This document shows positions 7,349 through 15,133 of a DNA stretch of 31,719 nt, piece after piece. Each line of letters begins with the position of its first letter. Positions within the stretch are counted from its first letter, which is position 1. Origin of the DNA: a virus; the UHGV virus genome UHGV-0106476. The stretch is one strand, 5' to 3'. The notes under the pieces are model-generated. The model had not been told where the DNA came from and searched no databases. It saw nothing but the letters and a program-made list of their open reading frames with translations. Made by a program: the position numbers and the translations under genes.

Positions 7349-8065
7349 TCAAACCAGCCTTAGTTTTGTCTCAATTGCAACGCCTATAATCTTGCAGTTT
7401 CCATTGATTGGCACGAGAGGCCATGCAGGGTTAAGTCCCTTGAGGTATTTATTTCCGCCGTCGATTATCAGCTTCTTGAATGTTGCTTCGTTAGAGTCAG
7501 AAAGTTTTGCTATGACCAAGCTGCCGTTGATCGCCTCCCTTCCGGTATCGAAAAGAACGAATGTTCCCTCTGGAATGCTTAACCCAACCGGTGCCGTCAT
7601 TGAATCACCTTCCACTTTAAGCCAAAACGCATTACCTTGAATATGCGCGTCAGACTCAAGCCAAACATCTATGTCTTTAATGGTGTATGGTTCGCATGCT
7701 TCACACCACGAGCCAGCCTGGATACTGCTTAACACCGGATACCTCTTTCCTGCTCTGTATTCCCCTGCATACCTTACGTTGGCATCGCTCTTAAGGCTTT
7801 CTGCCTGTTCTGCAACCTTGGCAGCAATTGACTGGCTAAAATCAGCAATTGAGACTTGCAATAATCGTGCAAAACCAGATGCAACCTCAACGTTTAGCGC
7901 ATTTCTGCCATTAAGATAATGCCCTACCGCTCCTTGGGTGATACCCAGTTCATCAGCGATTGAGTATTGGGTTATTCCCAATTCTTTCTTTTTTGACTCA
8001 TACAAAGCCTTAAGCCGCTTAGCGTCTTCGAGCTGTTCTGTCGTCAGTGATTTTTTATTTTCCAT
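7349..8065 (-). CDS. cI: CI repressor (HTH plus LexA-type S24 autopeptidase domain)
   Basis: 238 aa with an N-terminus resembling lambda CI (LTTEQLEDAKRLKALYESKKKELGITQ), an EGDSM Ser motif and a C-terminal catalytic-Lys region (FKKLIIDGG); divergent from cro. Confidence 0.9.
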   Translation of the reverse strand: MENKKSLTTEQLEDAKRLKALYESKKKELGITQYSIADELGITQGAVGHYLNGRNALNVEVASGFARLLQVSIADFSQSIAAKVAEQAESLKSDANVRYAGEYRAGKRYPVLSSIQAGSWCEACEPYTIKDIDVWLESDAHIQGNAFWLKVEGDSMTAPVGLSIPEGTFVLFDTGREAINGSLVIAKLSDSNEATFKKLIIDGGNKYLKGLNPAWPLVPINGNCKIIGVAIETKLRLV

Positions 8066-8100
8066 AGCTTAATTCTAATAGCTAAGGTACTTAAACTAAA

Positions 8101-8142
8101 AATACCCTGAGTATTGATTGCCTTGAATACCTGTAGTATTCT
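8101..8142 (+). promoter_or_regulatory. PR promoter with OR operators
   Basis: -35 TTGATT (8114-8119), 17-nt spacer, -10 TATTCT (8137-8142). Operators AATACCCTGAGTATT (8101-8115) and AATACCTGTAGTATT (8126-8140), the same family as OL. GGAGAG RBS at 8161-8166 precedes cro. Confidence 0.55.
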
Positions 8143-8171
8143 TTGTTCATGGTTAATAACGGAGAGTGCAT

Positions 8172-8366
8172 ATGATTCGAATGACACTTGCCGATTACGC
8201 CAAAATCCATGGACAGGCTAAAGCAGCCAGTGACTTTGGTGTAATCCAGTGCGCTATCAGCAAGGCCATTCTGGCAGGCCGTAACATCATGGTTACGGTA
8301 AAGCCTGATGGCAGTGTGATTGGAGAGGAAGTTCGTCCTTTCCCAAGCAACAAGAAAAACAAATAG
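8172..8366 (+). CDS. cro: Cro repressor
   Basis: 64 aa from the ATG at 8172 ([64 protein letters not shown]), closely resembling lambda Cro. The ORF track's start is an upstream GTG. Confidence 0.85.
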   Translation: MIRMTLADYAKIHGQAKAASDFGVIQCAISKAILAGRNIMVTVKPDGSVIGEEVRPFPSNKKNK

Positions 8367-8372
8367 TAACAC

Positions 8373-8416
8373 CGCTCTTTAACAGTCATGGTCCTCATTC
8401 CCGCCGAAATGCGGGA
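8373..8416 (+). promoter_or_regulatory. nutR: nutR (boxA and boxB)
   Basis: boxA CGCTCTTTAACA at 8373-8384; boxB TCCCGC-CGAAAT-GCGGGA at 8399-8416, identical to nutL boxB. Confidence 0.7.
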
Positions 8417-8474
8417 ATACAACGCGCATAAGTTGATGCGCATAACTTCTTATTAGTTAAGGAAATACTTACAT

Positions 8475-8753
8475 ATGCAACTTACAAGTACTCGCAAGAA
8501 AGCGAATGCAATTACAAGCAACATCCTGAATCGAATTGCTGTACGTGGTCAGCGAAAGGTTGCCGACGCGTTAGGGATTAATGAATCGCAAATTTCGCGA
8601 TGGAAAGACAGCTTCATCCCAAAAATGGGAATGCTTCTGGCTGTTCTTGAATGGGGTGTTGAAGACGAGGAGTTGGCGGAACTGGCTAAGAAAGTAGCCA
8701 GAATGCTGACAAAAGAAAAAGCCCCGAAGAACGGCGAATTCTTCGAGGCCTAA
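8475..8753 (+). CDS. cII: CII transcriptional activator
   Basis: 92-aa ORF; NESQISRWKDSFIPKMGMLLAVLEWGV matches the lambda CII core (KSQISRWKRDWIPKFSMLLAVLEWGV). Confidence 0.85.
   Translation: MQLTSTRKKANAITSNILNRIAVRGQRKVADALGINESQISRWKDSFIPKMGMLLAVLEWGVEDEELAELAKKVARMLTKEKAPKNGEFFEA
8508..8521 (-). promoter_or_regulatory. CII-binding site of a pRE-like promoter
   Basis: Minus-strand TTGC-TTGTAA-TTGC (TTGC-N6-TTGC) inside the 5' end of cII, the same arrangement as lambda pRE. Confidence 0.55.
8711..8749 (-). terminator. OOP-like antisense RNA terminator overlapping the 3' end of cII
   Basis: Minus-strand 10-bp stem (one G-U) with 9-nt loop followed by UUUUUCUUUU (8711-8720); convergent with cII, as for lambda oop. 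A candidate -10 (CATAAT, reverse complement of 8785-8790) lies about 60-70 nt upstream. Confidence 0.5.
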
Positions 8754-8787
8754 TGTAGAAAGACTGGATCAATCCACGGGAGTAATT

Positions 8788-8949
8788 ATGACAAAACGTC
8801 GTAAGAAATACCAGGAAAAAGAAGAGATTCGACACCCTGATTCACCTGAGGGATTAGTGGTAGCCGCAGCAAATAACAGGGCGTTCGCAGAGCGCCTTGT
8901 TGGTGTTTACAGACTAGCCAAAGCAGGAGTGAAACATGGGCGTCGTTAA
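8788..8949 (+). CDS. small basic hypothetical protein between cII and the replication genes
   Basis: 53-codon ORF (MTKRRKKYQEKEEIRHPDSPEG...) with GGGAG RBS; below the ORF-track cutoff; overlaps the candidate pO region. Confidence 0.3.
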   Translation: MTKRRKKYQEKEEIRHPDSPEGLVVAAANNRAFAERLVGVYRLAKAGVKHGRR

Positions 8950-9826
8950 GTTAGCTGATTACAGGCATAACCCTGTACAACATCAGGAGGCATCCAGTAT
9001 GGGGTATGTCTCTATACACCGCCAGTTTATGGACAGCAGGCTCTATAAGGACTCTCAGGCAGTACATCTTTGGCTTCACTTAATCCTCAAGGCTAATCAC
9101 GAATCTACTGTCGTCAATACGGATATCGGTCCGATAACTGTTGATCGCGGTCAGATGATAACTGGACGCCCGTCTCTGGTCAGAGAAACATTCATCCCTG
9201 ACAACAAAGTTCGGAGCTTATTACGGACTTTTGAGTCGAAAGGGATGCTTAATATTTGCTCGATGGGGAAGAAATTTAGCCTGTTTACAATCGTTAAATA
9301 TGACGATTTTCAGGCAAAAAATTGTCCAACGGTTGTCCAACAGTTGTCCAACGCAAACACCAGTAATGGTGCGGCTCTCAGCGGAGATTGTCCAACGGTT
9401 GTCCAACGGTTGTCCATAAACAATAATATAAATAATATCTCTAATACTGACGTATTAGAGAGTGCTACAGCAGACAAAAAGTCTGACAAGAAAAAACCTT
9501 CCGTCAGCTGTCAGGATGTTGTCGATGCTTACCACGAAATCCTTCCTGAAGCGCCAAGAATCCGCGCACTGAATGACAAGCGTAAAAACCAGATCCGAAC
9601 GTTCTGGCGCAAAGCCGGAGTGATAACCCGACAGCTTGACGGGCATGGTTTCACGATGCAGGACTGGAGAAATTATTTGAGCTACGTAGGCGAAAATTGC
9701 CGATGGATGTTCGAAGAGCGCCCAAACCATCAGCGCGGAACCGTCTGGCACAAAAAGGGATTTGATTTCCTGCTTAACGATAATACCTACCTGAAAGTTC
9801 GTGAGGGTGAACACGATGACCGATAA
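8936..9826 (+). CDS. replication initiator (O-like, origin-binding)
   Basis: 296-aa ORF with the ori iterons inside it and a DnaB-like helicase gene immediately downstream (P22 gene 18/12 arrangement). The ATG at 8999 (strong AGGAGG RBS) is an alternative start. Confidence 0.65.
   Translation: MGVVKLADYRHNPVQHQEASSMGYVSIHRQFMDSRLYKDSQAVHLWLHLILKANHESTVVNTDIGPITVDRGQMITGRPSLVRETFIPDNKVRSLLRTFESKGMLNICSMGKKFSLFTIVKYDDFQAKNCPTVVQQLSNANTSNGAALSGDCPTVVQRLSINNNINNISNTDVLESATADKKSDKKKPSVSCQDVVDAYHEILPEAPRIRALNDKRKNQIRTFWRKAGVITRQLDGHGFTMQDWRNYLSYVGENCRWMFEERPNHQRGTVWHKKGFDFLLNDNTYLKVREGEHDDR
9322..9450 (+). repeat. replication origin: iteron clusters plus AT-rich tract
   Basis: Six TTGTCCAAC-type repeats at 11-bp spacing in two clusters (9322-9352 and 9388-9418), then an AT-rich segment (9419-9450), all within the O-like reading frame. 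Confidence 0.7.
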
Positions 9827-11252
9827 TTTTTATGCGCCGCCCCATAGCATCGAGGCAGAGCAGGCGGTGATTGGTGGATTGCTTCTGGATGATGACAGCA
9901 GTGAGCGCGTCCAGAAGGTTCTGGCGATGCTGAAGCCTGACTCATTTTACGGCCGACCACACAAAATCCTTTTCGAAGAAATAACCAGAATGCACCGGGA
10001 GCAAAAGCCAGTAGATGGCCTGACGCTTTTCGATGAACTGGAGCGTAAATCGTTAACTGTGTCTGTTGGCGGTTTTGCTTATATCGCTGAGATCGCAAAG
10101 AACACGCCAAGCGCAGCAAACATCGTTGCCTATGCAATGCAGGTTCGTGAAACCGCAATGGAACGCTACGCCATCAACCGCATGACTGAAGCGACGGAAT
10201 TGCTCTATTCCCGCAACGGAATGACTGCAACACAGAAGTACGAAGCTATTCAGTCGATTTTCACGCAACTGACAGACCATGCAAAAACCGGATCGCGTCG
10301 CGGCCTTCGCTCATTTGGTGAGGTCATGGAAGACTGGGTTAGCGACCTTGAGAAGCGATTTGACCCGTCAGGCGAACAACGAGGAATGAGCACAGGGATC
10401 CCATCGCTGGACAGGATGCTGTCACCGAAAGGTCTGGTGAAAGGCTCTCTGTTTGTCATTGGCGCTCGCCCTAAGATGGGGAAAACGACGCTATACAGCC
10501 AGATGGCAATCAACTGCGCAGTGCATGAGAAAAAGCCCGCTCTGATGTTCAGCCTTGAAATGCCAGGTGATCAGATACTGGAAAAACTGGTAGGGCAGAA
10601 GTCAGGTGTTAACCCGAATATTTTTTACCTTCCGGCGACAAATGACGCCGATGACGGCTATCAGGGTGATTACGATGGTGACTTCAACAGGGCGATCGAA
10701 ACAGCCAATCGCTTGAGTGAAATCGACCTGCTTTACATCGACGACACGCCGGGATTATCTCTGGCTCAAATCGTCAGCGAAAGCCGTCGAATCAAACGAG
10801 AAAAAGGATGCGTTGGCATGATTCTTGTCGATTACCTGACGCTAATGACCGCTGAAAAGGCCGATCGTAACGACCTTGCCTACGGCATGATCACCAAAGG
10901 ACTGAAGAACCTTGCTAAAGAGCTTGATTGCGTTGTTGTTCTTCTGACACAGCTTAACCGCGCACTGGAAAGCCGAACCAATAAACGCCCATTACCAAGT
11001 GACTCCCGAGATACAGGGCAGATTGAACAGGATTGCGATTATTGGGTTGGGATCCATCGTGAAGGTGCTTTTGATGACAGTGTTCCACCTGGTGAAACCG
11101 AACTAATCCTTCGTCTCAATCGTCATGGCAATACCGGCACGGTGTATTGCATTCAGGCAAATGGAGCTATTTATGACACAGACCAACAGTCTGCTGAAAT
11201 GCGCCGCCGTGAACGCGAGGAACCGCAGTCCAAGAAGAAAGGAGGATTCTGA
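9816..11252 (+). CDS. DnaB-family replicative helicase
   Basis: 478 aa from the ATG at 9816 (MTDNFYAPPHSIEAEQAVIGGLLLD...), Walker A GARPKMGKT, typical DnaB N-terminus; overlaps the O-like stop. Confidence 0.85.
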   Translation: MTDNFYAPPHSIEAEQAVIGGLLLDDDSSERVQKVLAMLKPDSFYGRPHKILFEEITRMHREQKPVDGLTLFDELERKSLTVSVGGFAYIAEIAKNTPSAANIVAYAMQVRETAMERYAINRMTEATELLYSRNGMTATQKYEAIQSIFTQLTDHAKTGSRRGLRSFGEVMEDWVSDLEKRFDPSGEQRGMSTGIPSLDRMLSPKGLVKGSLFVIGARPKMGKTTLYSQMAINCAVHEKKPALMFSLEMPGDQILEKLVGQKSGVNPNIFYLPATNDADDGYQGDYDGDFNRAIETANRLSEIDLLYIDDTPGLSLAQIVSESRRIKREKGCVGMILVDYLTLMTAEKADRNDLAYGMITKGLKNLAKELDCVVVLLTQLNRALESRTNKRPLPSDSRDTGQIEQDCDYWVGIHREGAFDDSVPPGETELILRLNRHGNTGTVYCIQANGAIYDTDQQSAEMRRREREEPQSKKKGGF

Positions 11253-11350
11253 TGACCATCTACATCACTGAGCTAATAACAGGGGCTATTTACACAGTGG
11301 CCCTTTTTTATTGGATTAAGAACGAGGGGGATCCTGATGGACACCGTTAA
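11252..11350 (+). CDS. very small hydrophobic ORF
   Basis: 32 codons (MTIYITELITGAIYTVALFYWIKNEGDPDGHR), start overlapping the helicase stop (TGATG) with AAGGAGG upstream; could be a chance ORF. Confidence 0.25.
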   Translation: MTIYITELITGAIYTVALFYWIKNEGDPDGHR

Positions 11351-11549
11351 CGGAATGTGTTCAGACGCACCGCGTGCCAAAAAATGTAAATGCGGAAAAT
11401 CACCGACAATATTTGACATGGAGAGCGGGTGCCAAATCTACTGCGCTAACCACGCCGCTGTGGCGGCCGCGAATTATCGCAGTGCGGTAACGGAGTGGAA
11501 TAACCTGAAATCTGTTAGAGAGGGAAGTCATGAAAAAACTAACCTTTGA
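11337..11549 (+). CDS. small Cys-rich hypothetical protein
   Basis: 70-aa ORF with GAGGGGG RBS and several Cys residues including a CKC pair; occupies the ren/ninA position of lambda. Confidence 0.4.
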   Translation: MDTVNGMCSDAPRAKKCKCGKSPTIFDMESGCQIYCANHAAVAAANYRSAVTEWNNLKSVREGSHEKTNL

Positions 11550-11970
11550 AATTCGATCTCCAGCACATCAGCAAAACGCTATTCACGCAGTACAGCAAAT
11601 TATTCCAGACCCAACCAAACCAATCGTAGTAACCATTCAGGAACGCAACCGCAGCTTAGACCAGAATCGAAAGCTTTGGGCTTGCCTTGGTGACGTCTCT
11701 CGTCAGGTTGAATGGCATGGGCGTTGGCTGGATGCAGAAAGCTGGAAGTGTGTGTTTACCGCAGCATTAAAGCAGCAGGACGTTGTTCCTAACCTTGCCG
11801 GGAATGGCTTTGTGGTAATAGGCCAGTCAACCAGCAGGATGCGTGTAAGCGAATTTGCGGAGTTATTAGAGCTTATACAGGCATTCGGTACAGAGCGTGG
11901 CGTTAAGTGGTCAGACGAAGCGCGACTGGCTCTGGAGTGGAAAGCGAGATGGGGAGACAGTGCTGCATGA
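11530..11970 (+). CDS. ninB: NinB (recombination mediator)
   Basis: 146 aa; sequence recalled as near-identical to lambda NinB. Confidence 0.85.
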   Translation: MKKLTFEIRSPAHQQNAIHAVQQIIPDPTKPIVVTIQERNRSLDQNRKLWACLGDVSRQVEWHGRWLDAESWKCVFTAALKQQDVVPNLAGNGFVVIGQSTSRMRVSEFAELLELIQAFGTERGVKWSDEARLALEWKARWGDSAA

Positions 11971-12494
11971 CTATCAAATCAAATACGCCAGCACACGACA
12001 AGGACTGCTGGCAAACGCCGCTCTGGCTTTTTGATGCACTGGATATTGAGTTTGGATTCTGGCTGGATTCGGCAGCGAGCGACAAAAATGCTCTGTGCGC
12101 TCACTGGCTAACTGAGGCTGACAACGCGCTCAATTCTGAGTGGATAAGCCACGGTGCAATCTGGAATAACCCACCGTACAGCAATATCAGGCCGTGGGTG
12201 GAAAAAGCCGCTGAGCAGTGCATACAACAGCGACAGACGGTAGTGATGCTTGTGCCAGAGGATATGTCTGTCGGATGGTTCAGCAAGGCTCTGGAGAGTG
12301 TTGACGAAGTTCGTATTATCACTGATGGACGGATTAATTTTATCGAACCATCGACAGGGCTGGAGAAAAAGGGAAACAGCAAAGGCTCCATGCTGCTGAT
12401 TTGGCGACCGTTCATCAGTCCTCGACGGATGTTTACTACCGTATCCAAAGTGGCATTGATGGCGATCGGGCAGGGCGTCAGGAGGGCGGCATGA
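11967..12494 (+). CDS. phage DNA N6-adenine methyltransferase
   Basis: NPPY catalytic motif (IWNNPPYS); ATG at 11967 overlaps the ninB stop (ATGA). Upstream in-frame ATGs at 11949 and 11907 are alternative starts. Confidence 0.7.
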   Translation: MTIKSNTPAHDKDCWQTPLWLFDALDIEFGFWLDSAASDKNALCAHWLTEADNALNSEWISHGAIWNNPPYSNIRPWVEKAAEQCIQQRQTVVMLVPEDMSVGWFSKALESVDEVRIITDGRINFIEPSTGLEKKGNSKGSMLLIWRPFISPRRMFTTVSKVALMAIGQGVRRAA

Positions 12495-12673
12495 GACGAC
12501 AGCGACGAAGTATCACCGACATCATCTGCGAAAACTGCAAATACCTTCCAACGAAACGCTCCAGAAATAAACGCAAGCCAATCCCAAAAGAATCTGACGT
12601 AAAAACCTTCAACTACACGGCTCACCTGTGGGATATCCGGTGGCTTAGAGAACGTGCGAGGAAAACAAGGTGA
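12491..12673 (+). CDS. ninE: NinE
   Basis: 60 aa ([60 protein letters not shown]), recalled as close to lambda NinE. Confidence 0.8.
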   Translation: MRRQRRSITDIICENCKYLPTKRSRNKRKPIPKESDVKTFNYTAHLWDIRWLRERARKTR

Positions 12674-12840
12674 TTGACCCAAATCGAAGTTACGAACAAG
12701 AAAGCGTCGAGCGGGCTTTAACGTGCGCTAACTGCGGTCAGAAGCTGTATGTGCTGGAAGTTCACGTGTGCTCCGATTGCTGCGCAGAACTGATGAGCGA
12801 TCCGAATAGCTCAATGTACGAGGAAGAAGACGATGAATGA
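12670..12840 (+). CDS. ninF: NinF
   Basis: 56 aa from a GTG at 12670 overlapping the ninE stop ([26 protein letters not shown]...), recalled as close to lambda NinF; below the ORF-track cutoff. Confidence 0.65.
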   Translation: MIDPNRSYEQESVERALTCANCGQKLYVLEVHVCSDCCAELMSDPNSSMYEEEDDE

Positions 12841-12928
12841 TTTCTCTGAGCTTATTTCCTTCAAAAAAGACAGAGAAGAAATGCGGACTGAATCTGTCTA
12901 TTACGTCCAACACCGGAATAAACGCTAG
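12833..12928 (+). CDS. tiny ORF between ninF and ninG
   Basis: 31 codons ([31 protein letters not shown]); may be non-coding. Confidence 0.15.
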   Translation: MNDFSELISFKKDREEMRTESVYYVQHRNKR

Positions 12929-12988
12929 GTGCTTGATCAGGAGCTGGTTATTACCGGAGACCTGGCATTCAGAACATATAAGGCCAGC

Positions 12989-13096
12989 ATGGAAATGAAG
13001 GATTTCCCTAAATGTGGTTCTGAAAGAGAAGCCGCGTTAAAGCTGGCTGAGTGGATGCAGAGAATGGCTGCTGCAATTGAGAATTACTGGAGCTAA
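12989..13096 (+). CDS. tiny ORF between ninF and ninG
   Basis: 35 codons from an ATG ([35 protein letters not shown]); extends to a GTG at 12929; weak RBS. Confidence 0.2.
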   Translation: MEMKDFPKCGSEREAALKLAEWMQRMAAAIENYWS

Positions 13097-13101
13097 CCAT
13101 A

Positions 13102-13713
13102 ATAGCTAAACCAGCGCGAAGAAGATGTAAAAACGATGAATGCCGGGAATGGTTTCACCCTGCATTCGCTAATCAGTGGTGGTGCTCTCCAGAGTGTGGA
13201 ACAAAGATAGCACTCGAACGACGAAGTAAAGAACGCGAAAAAGCGGAAAAAGCAGCAGAGAAGAAACGACGACGAGAGGAGCAGAAACAGAAAGATAAAC
13301 TTAAGATTCGAAAACTCGCCTTAAAGCCCCGCAGTTACTGGATTAAACAAGCCCAACAAGCCGTAAACGCCTTCATCAGAGAAAGAGACCGCGACTTACC
13401 ATGTATCTCGTGCGGAACGCTCACGTCTGCTCAGTGGGATGCCGGACATTACCGGACAACTGCTGCGGCACCTCAACTCCGATTTGATGAACGCAATATT
13501 CACAAGCAATGCGTGGTGTGCAACCAGCACAAAAGCGGAAATCTCGTTCCGTATCGCGTCGAACTGATTAATCGCATCGGGCAGGAAGCAGTAGACGAAA
13601 TAGAATCAAACCATAACCGCCATCGCTGGACTGTCGAAGAGTGCAGGGCCATCAAGGCGGAGTATCAGCAGAAACTCAAAGACCTGCGAAATAGCAGAAG
13701 TGAGGCCGCATGA
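13102..13713 (+). CDS. ninG: NinG (Rap-type recombination protein); N-terminus encoded without a canonical start codon
   Basis: The frame is open from 13081 and encodes a full NinG-like protein ([33 protein letters not shown]...CISCG...[10 protein letters not shown]). The first canonical in-frame start is the GTG at 13513; the conserved N-terminus begins at ATA (13102-13104). Confidence 0.6.
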   Translation: MAKPARRRCKNDECREWFHPAFANQWWCSPECGTKIALERRSKEREKAEKAAEKKRRREEQKQKDKLKIRKLALKPRSYWIKQAQQAVNAFIRERDRDLPCISCGTLTSAQWDAGHYRTTAAAPQLRFDERNIHKQCVVCNQHKSGNLVPYRVELINRIGQEAVDEIESNHNRHRWTVEECRAIKAEYQQKLKDLRNSRSEAA

Positions 13714-13916
13714 CGTTCTCAGTAAAAACCATTCCAGACATGCTCGTTGAAGCATACGGAAACCAGACAGAAGTAGCACGCAGACTGAAATGTAGTCGCG
13801 GTACGGTCAGAAAATACGTTGATGATAAAGACGGGAAAATGCACGCCATCGTCAACGACGTTCTTATGGTTCATCGCGGATGGAGTGAAAGAGATGCGCT
13901 ATTACGAAAGAATTGA
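13710..13916 (+). CDS. ninH: NinH
   Basis: 68 aa ([39 protein letters not shown]...), recalled as close to lambda NinH; ATGA overlap with ninG. Confidence 0.8.
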   Translation: MTFSVKTIPDMLVEAYGNQTEVARRLKCSRGTVRKYVDDKDGKMHAIVNDVLMVHRGWSERDALLRKN

Positions 13917-14565
13917 TGGCAGCAAATACCGAAATATTTGGGTAGTTGGCGATCTGCACGGATGCTACACGAACCTGACGAAAAAACTGGAGACGATAGG
14001 ATTCGACACCAAAAAAGACCTGCTTATCTCGGTTGGCGATTTGGTCGATCGCGGTACAGAGAACGTCGAATGTCTGGAATTAATCACATTCCCCTGGTTC
14101 CGAGCTGTACGTGGAAACCATGAGCAAATGATGATTGATGGCTTATCAGAGCGTGGAAACGTTAATCACTGGCTGCTTAATGGCGGTGGCTGGTTCTTCA
14201 ATCTCGATTACGACAAAGAAATTCTGGCTAAAGCTCTTGCCCATAAAGCAGAAGAACTTCCGTTAATCATCGAACTGGTGAGCAAAGGTAAAAAATATGT
14301 CATCTGCCACGCCGATTATCCTTGTGACGAATACGAGTTTGGAAAGCCTGTTGATCATCAGCAGGTAATCTGGAACCGCGAACGAATCAGCAACTCACAA
14401 GACGGGATCGTGAAAGAAATAAAAGGCGCGGACACGTTCATCTTTGGTCATACGCCAGCAGTGAAACCACTCAAGTTTGCCAACCAGATGTATATCGATA
14501 CCGGCGCAGTGTTCTGCGGAAACCTCACATTGATTCAGGTACAGGGAGAAGGCGCATGGGCATAA
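13894..14565 (+). CDS. ninI: serine/threonine protein phosphatase (lambda NinI-type)
   Basis: 221 aa from the ATG at 13894 ([24 protein letters not shown]...), with metallophosphatase motifs GDLHG, GDLVDRG and GNHE; GGAG RBS. Confidence 0.85.
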   Translation: MRYYERIDGSKYRNIWVVGDLHGCYTNLTKKLETIGFDTKKDLLISVGDLVDRGTENVECLELITFPWFRAVRGNHEQMMIDGLSERGNVNHWLLNGGGWFFNLDYDKEILAKALAHKAEELPLIIELVSKGKKYVICHADYPCDEYEFGKPVDHQQVIWNRERISNSQDGIVKEIKGADTFIFGHTPAVKPLKFANQMYIDTGAVFCGNLTLIQVQGEGAWA

Positions 14566-15074
14566 GAGAACTAAACCTCACCAAAGAGCAGCACGAGTGG
14601 CTGAATGGCTGGCTTGAACTGTGGGGCGCATGGGTTTATTCAGGTCGTCTGGAAAAGCGCATGAGCAGCGTAATAGCGAAGTTCATGGAGAGCGTAGAGC
14701 CGGGAAGAGTTATGACAAGGCCAATGTGTAATGATGATGATGGAATGTTGATTTCTCAGGTCGTCGATTCCGTCATGTACATTGACAAGAAAGCCTTTGG
14801 CATCCTCCTCAGCTACTACGCTCATGGTTCATCAAAGCGAGCAATTGCATCCTACTATCACGCGACTGCAAAGCCACGCAAGATGTGTGGACGTGGTGGC
14901 GAGGGATGGAGAAAACCTTCACTGGCAACCTGTAGAAACGAAATTGACGACATCCTGAAATCGTCGTTATTTGTTTTGTACCAACCAATGCAAAATGCTT
15001 TCAAAATGCGTAAACGTGTTGAGAAAGTTAAGCATGTTGCTGTTAAAAGCCTTGACATGCAATTAGCCATTTAG
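14556..15074 (+). CDS. Q: Q-type late-gene antiterminator
   Basis: 172-aa ORF between ninI and the late promoter/lysis genes; LELWGAW and [10 protein letters not shown] segments resemble recalled Q proteins of the P22 gp23 / phage 82 type. Call is by synteny plus partial recollection. Confidence 0.6.
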   Translation: MGIRELNLTKEQHEWLNGWLELWGAWVYSGRLEKRMSSVIAKFMESVEPGRVMTRPMCNDDDGMLISQVVDSVMYIDKKAFGILLSYYAHGSSKRAIASYYHATAKPRKMCGRGGEGWRKPSLATCRNEIDDILKSSLFVLYQPMQNAFKMRKRVEKVKHVAVKSLDMQLAI

Positions 15075-15081
15075 CCATAAT
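15052..15081 (+). promoter_or_regulatory. candidate late promoter pR'
   Basis: TTGACA (15052-15057), 18-nt spacer, CATAAT (15076-15081), spanning the Q stop codon. Confidence 0.4.
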
Positions 15082-15091
15082 TAGAGGGTAA

Positions 15092-15133
15092 GCTGCCGTT
15101 AGTGACTCTTAAGTTGCAACGGTGGCTTTTTTT
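15092..15133 (+). terminator. putative intrinsic terminator downstream of pR' (tR'-like)
   Basis: 9-bp stem (15092-15100 with 15118-15126, two G-U pairs), 17-nt loop, then a T7 run (15127-15133). Confidence 0.4.

Noticed and set aside
8424-8441. GCGCAT-AAGTTG-ATGCGC hairpin between nutR and cII as a tR1 terminator
   Set aside because: Only a 6-bp stem with no U-tract; lambda tR1 is Rho-dependent, so this cannot be called from sequence. Noted as a possible structure only.
9322-9418. Short tandem repeats that could suggest a CRISPR array
   Set aside because: The repeats are 9-11 bp at an 11-bp period with no spacers, inside a replication-initiator gene and followed by an AT-rich tract; these are ori iterons.
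9801-9815. Upstream start for the helicase (MRVNTM...) as in the ORF track
   Set aside because: The ATG at 9816 gives the expected DnaB-type N-terminus (MTDNFYAPP...), whereas 9801 is a GTG deeper inside the O-like gene.
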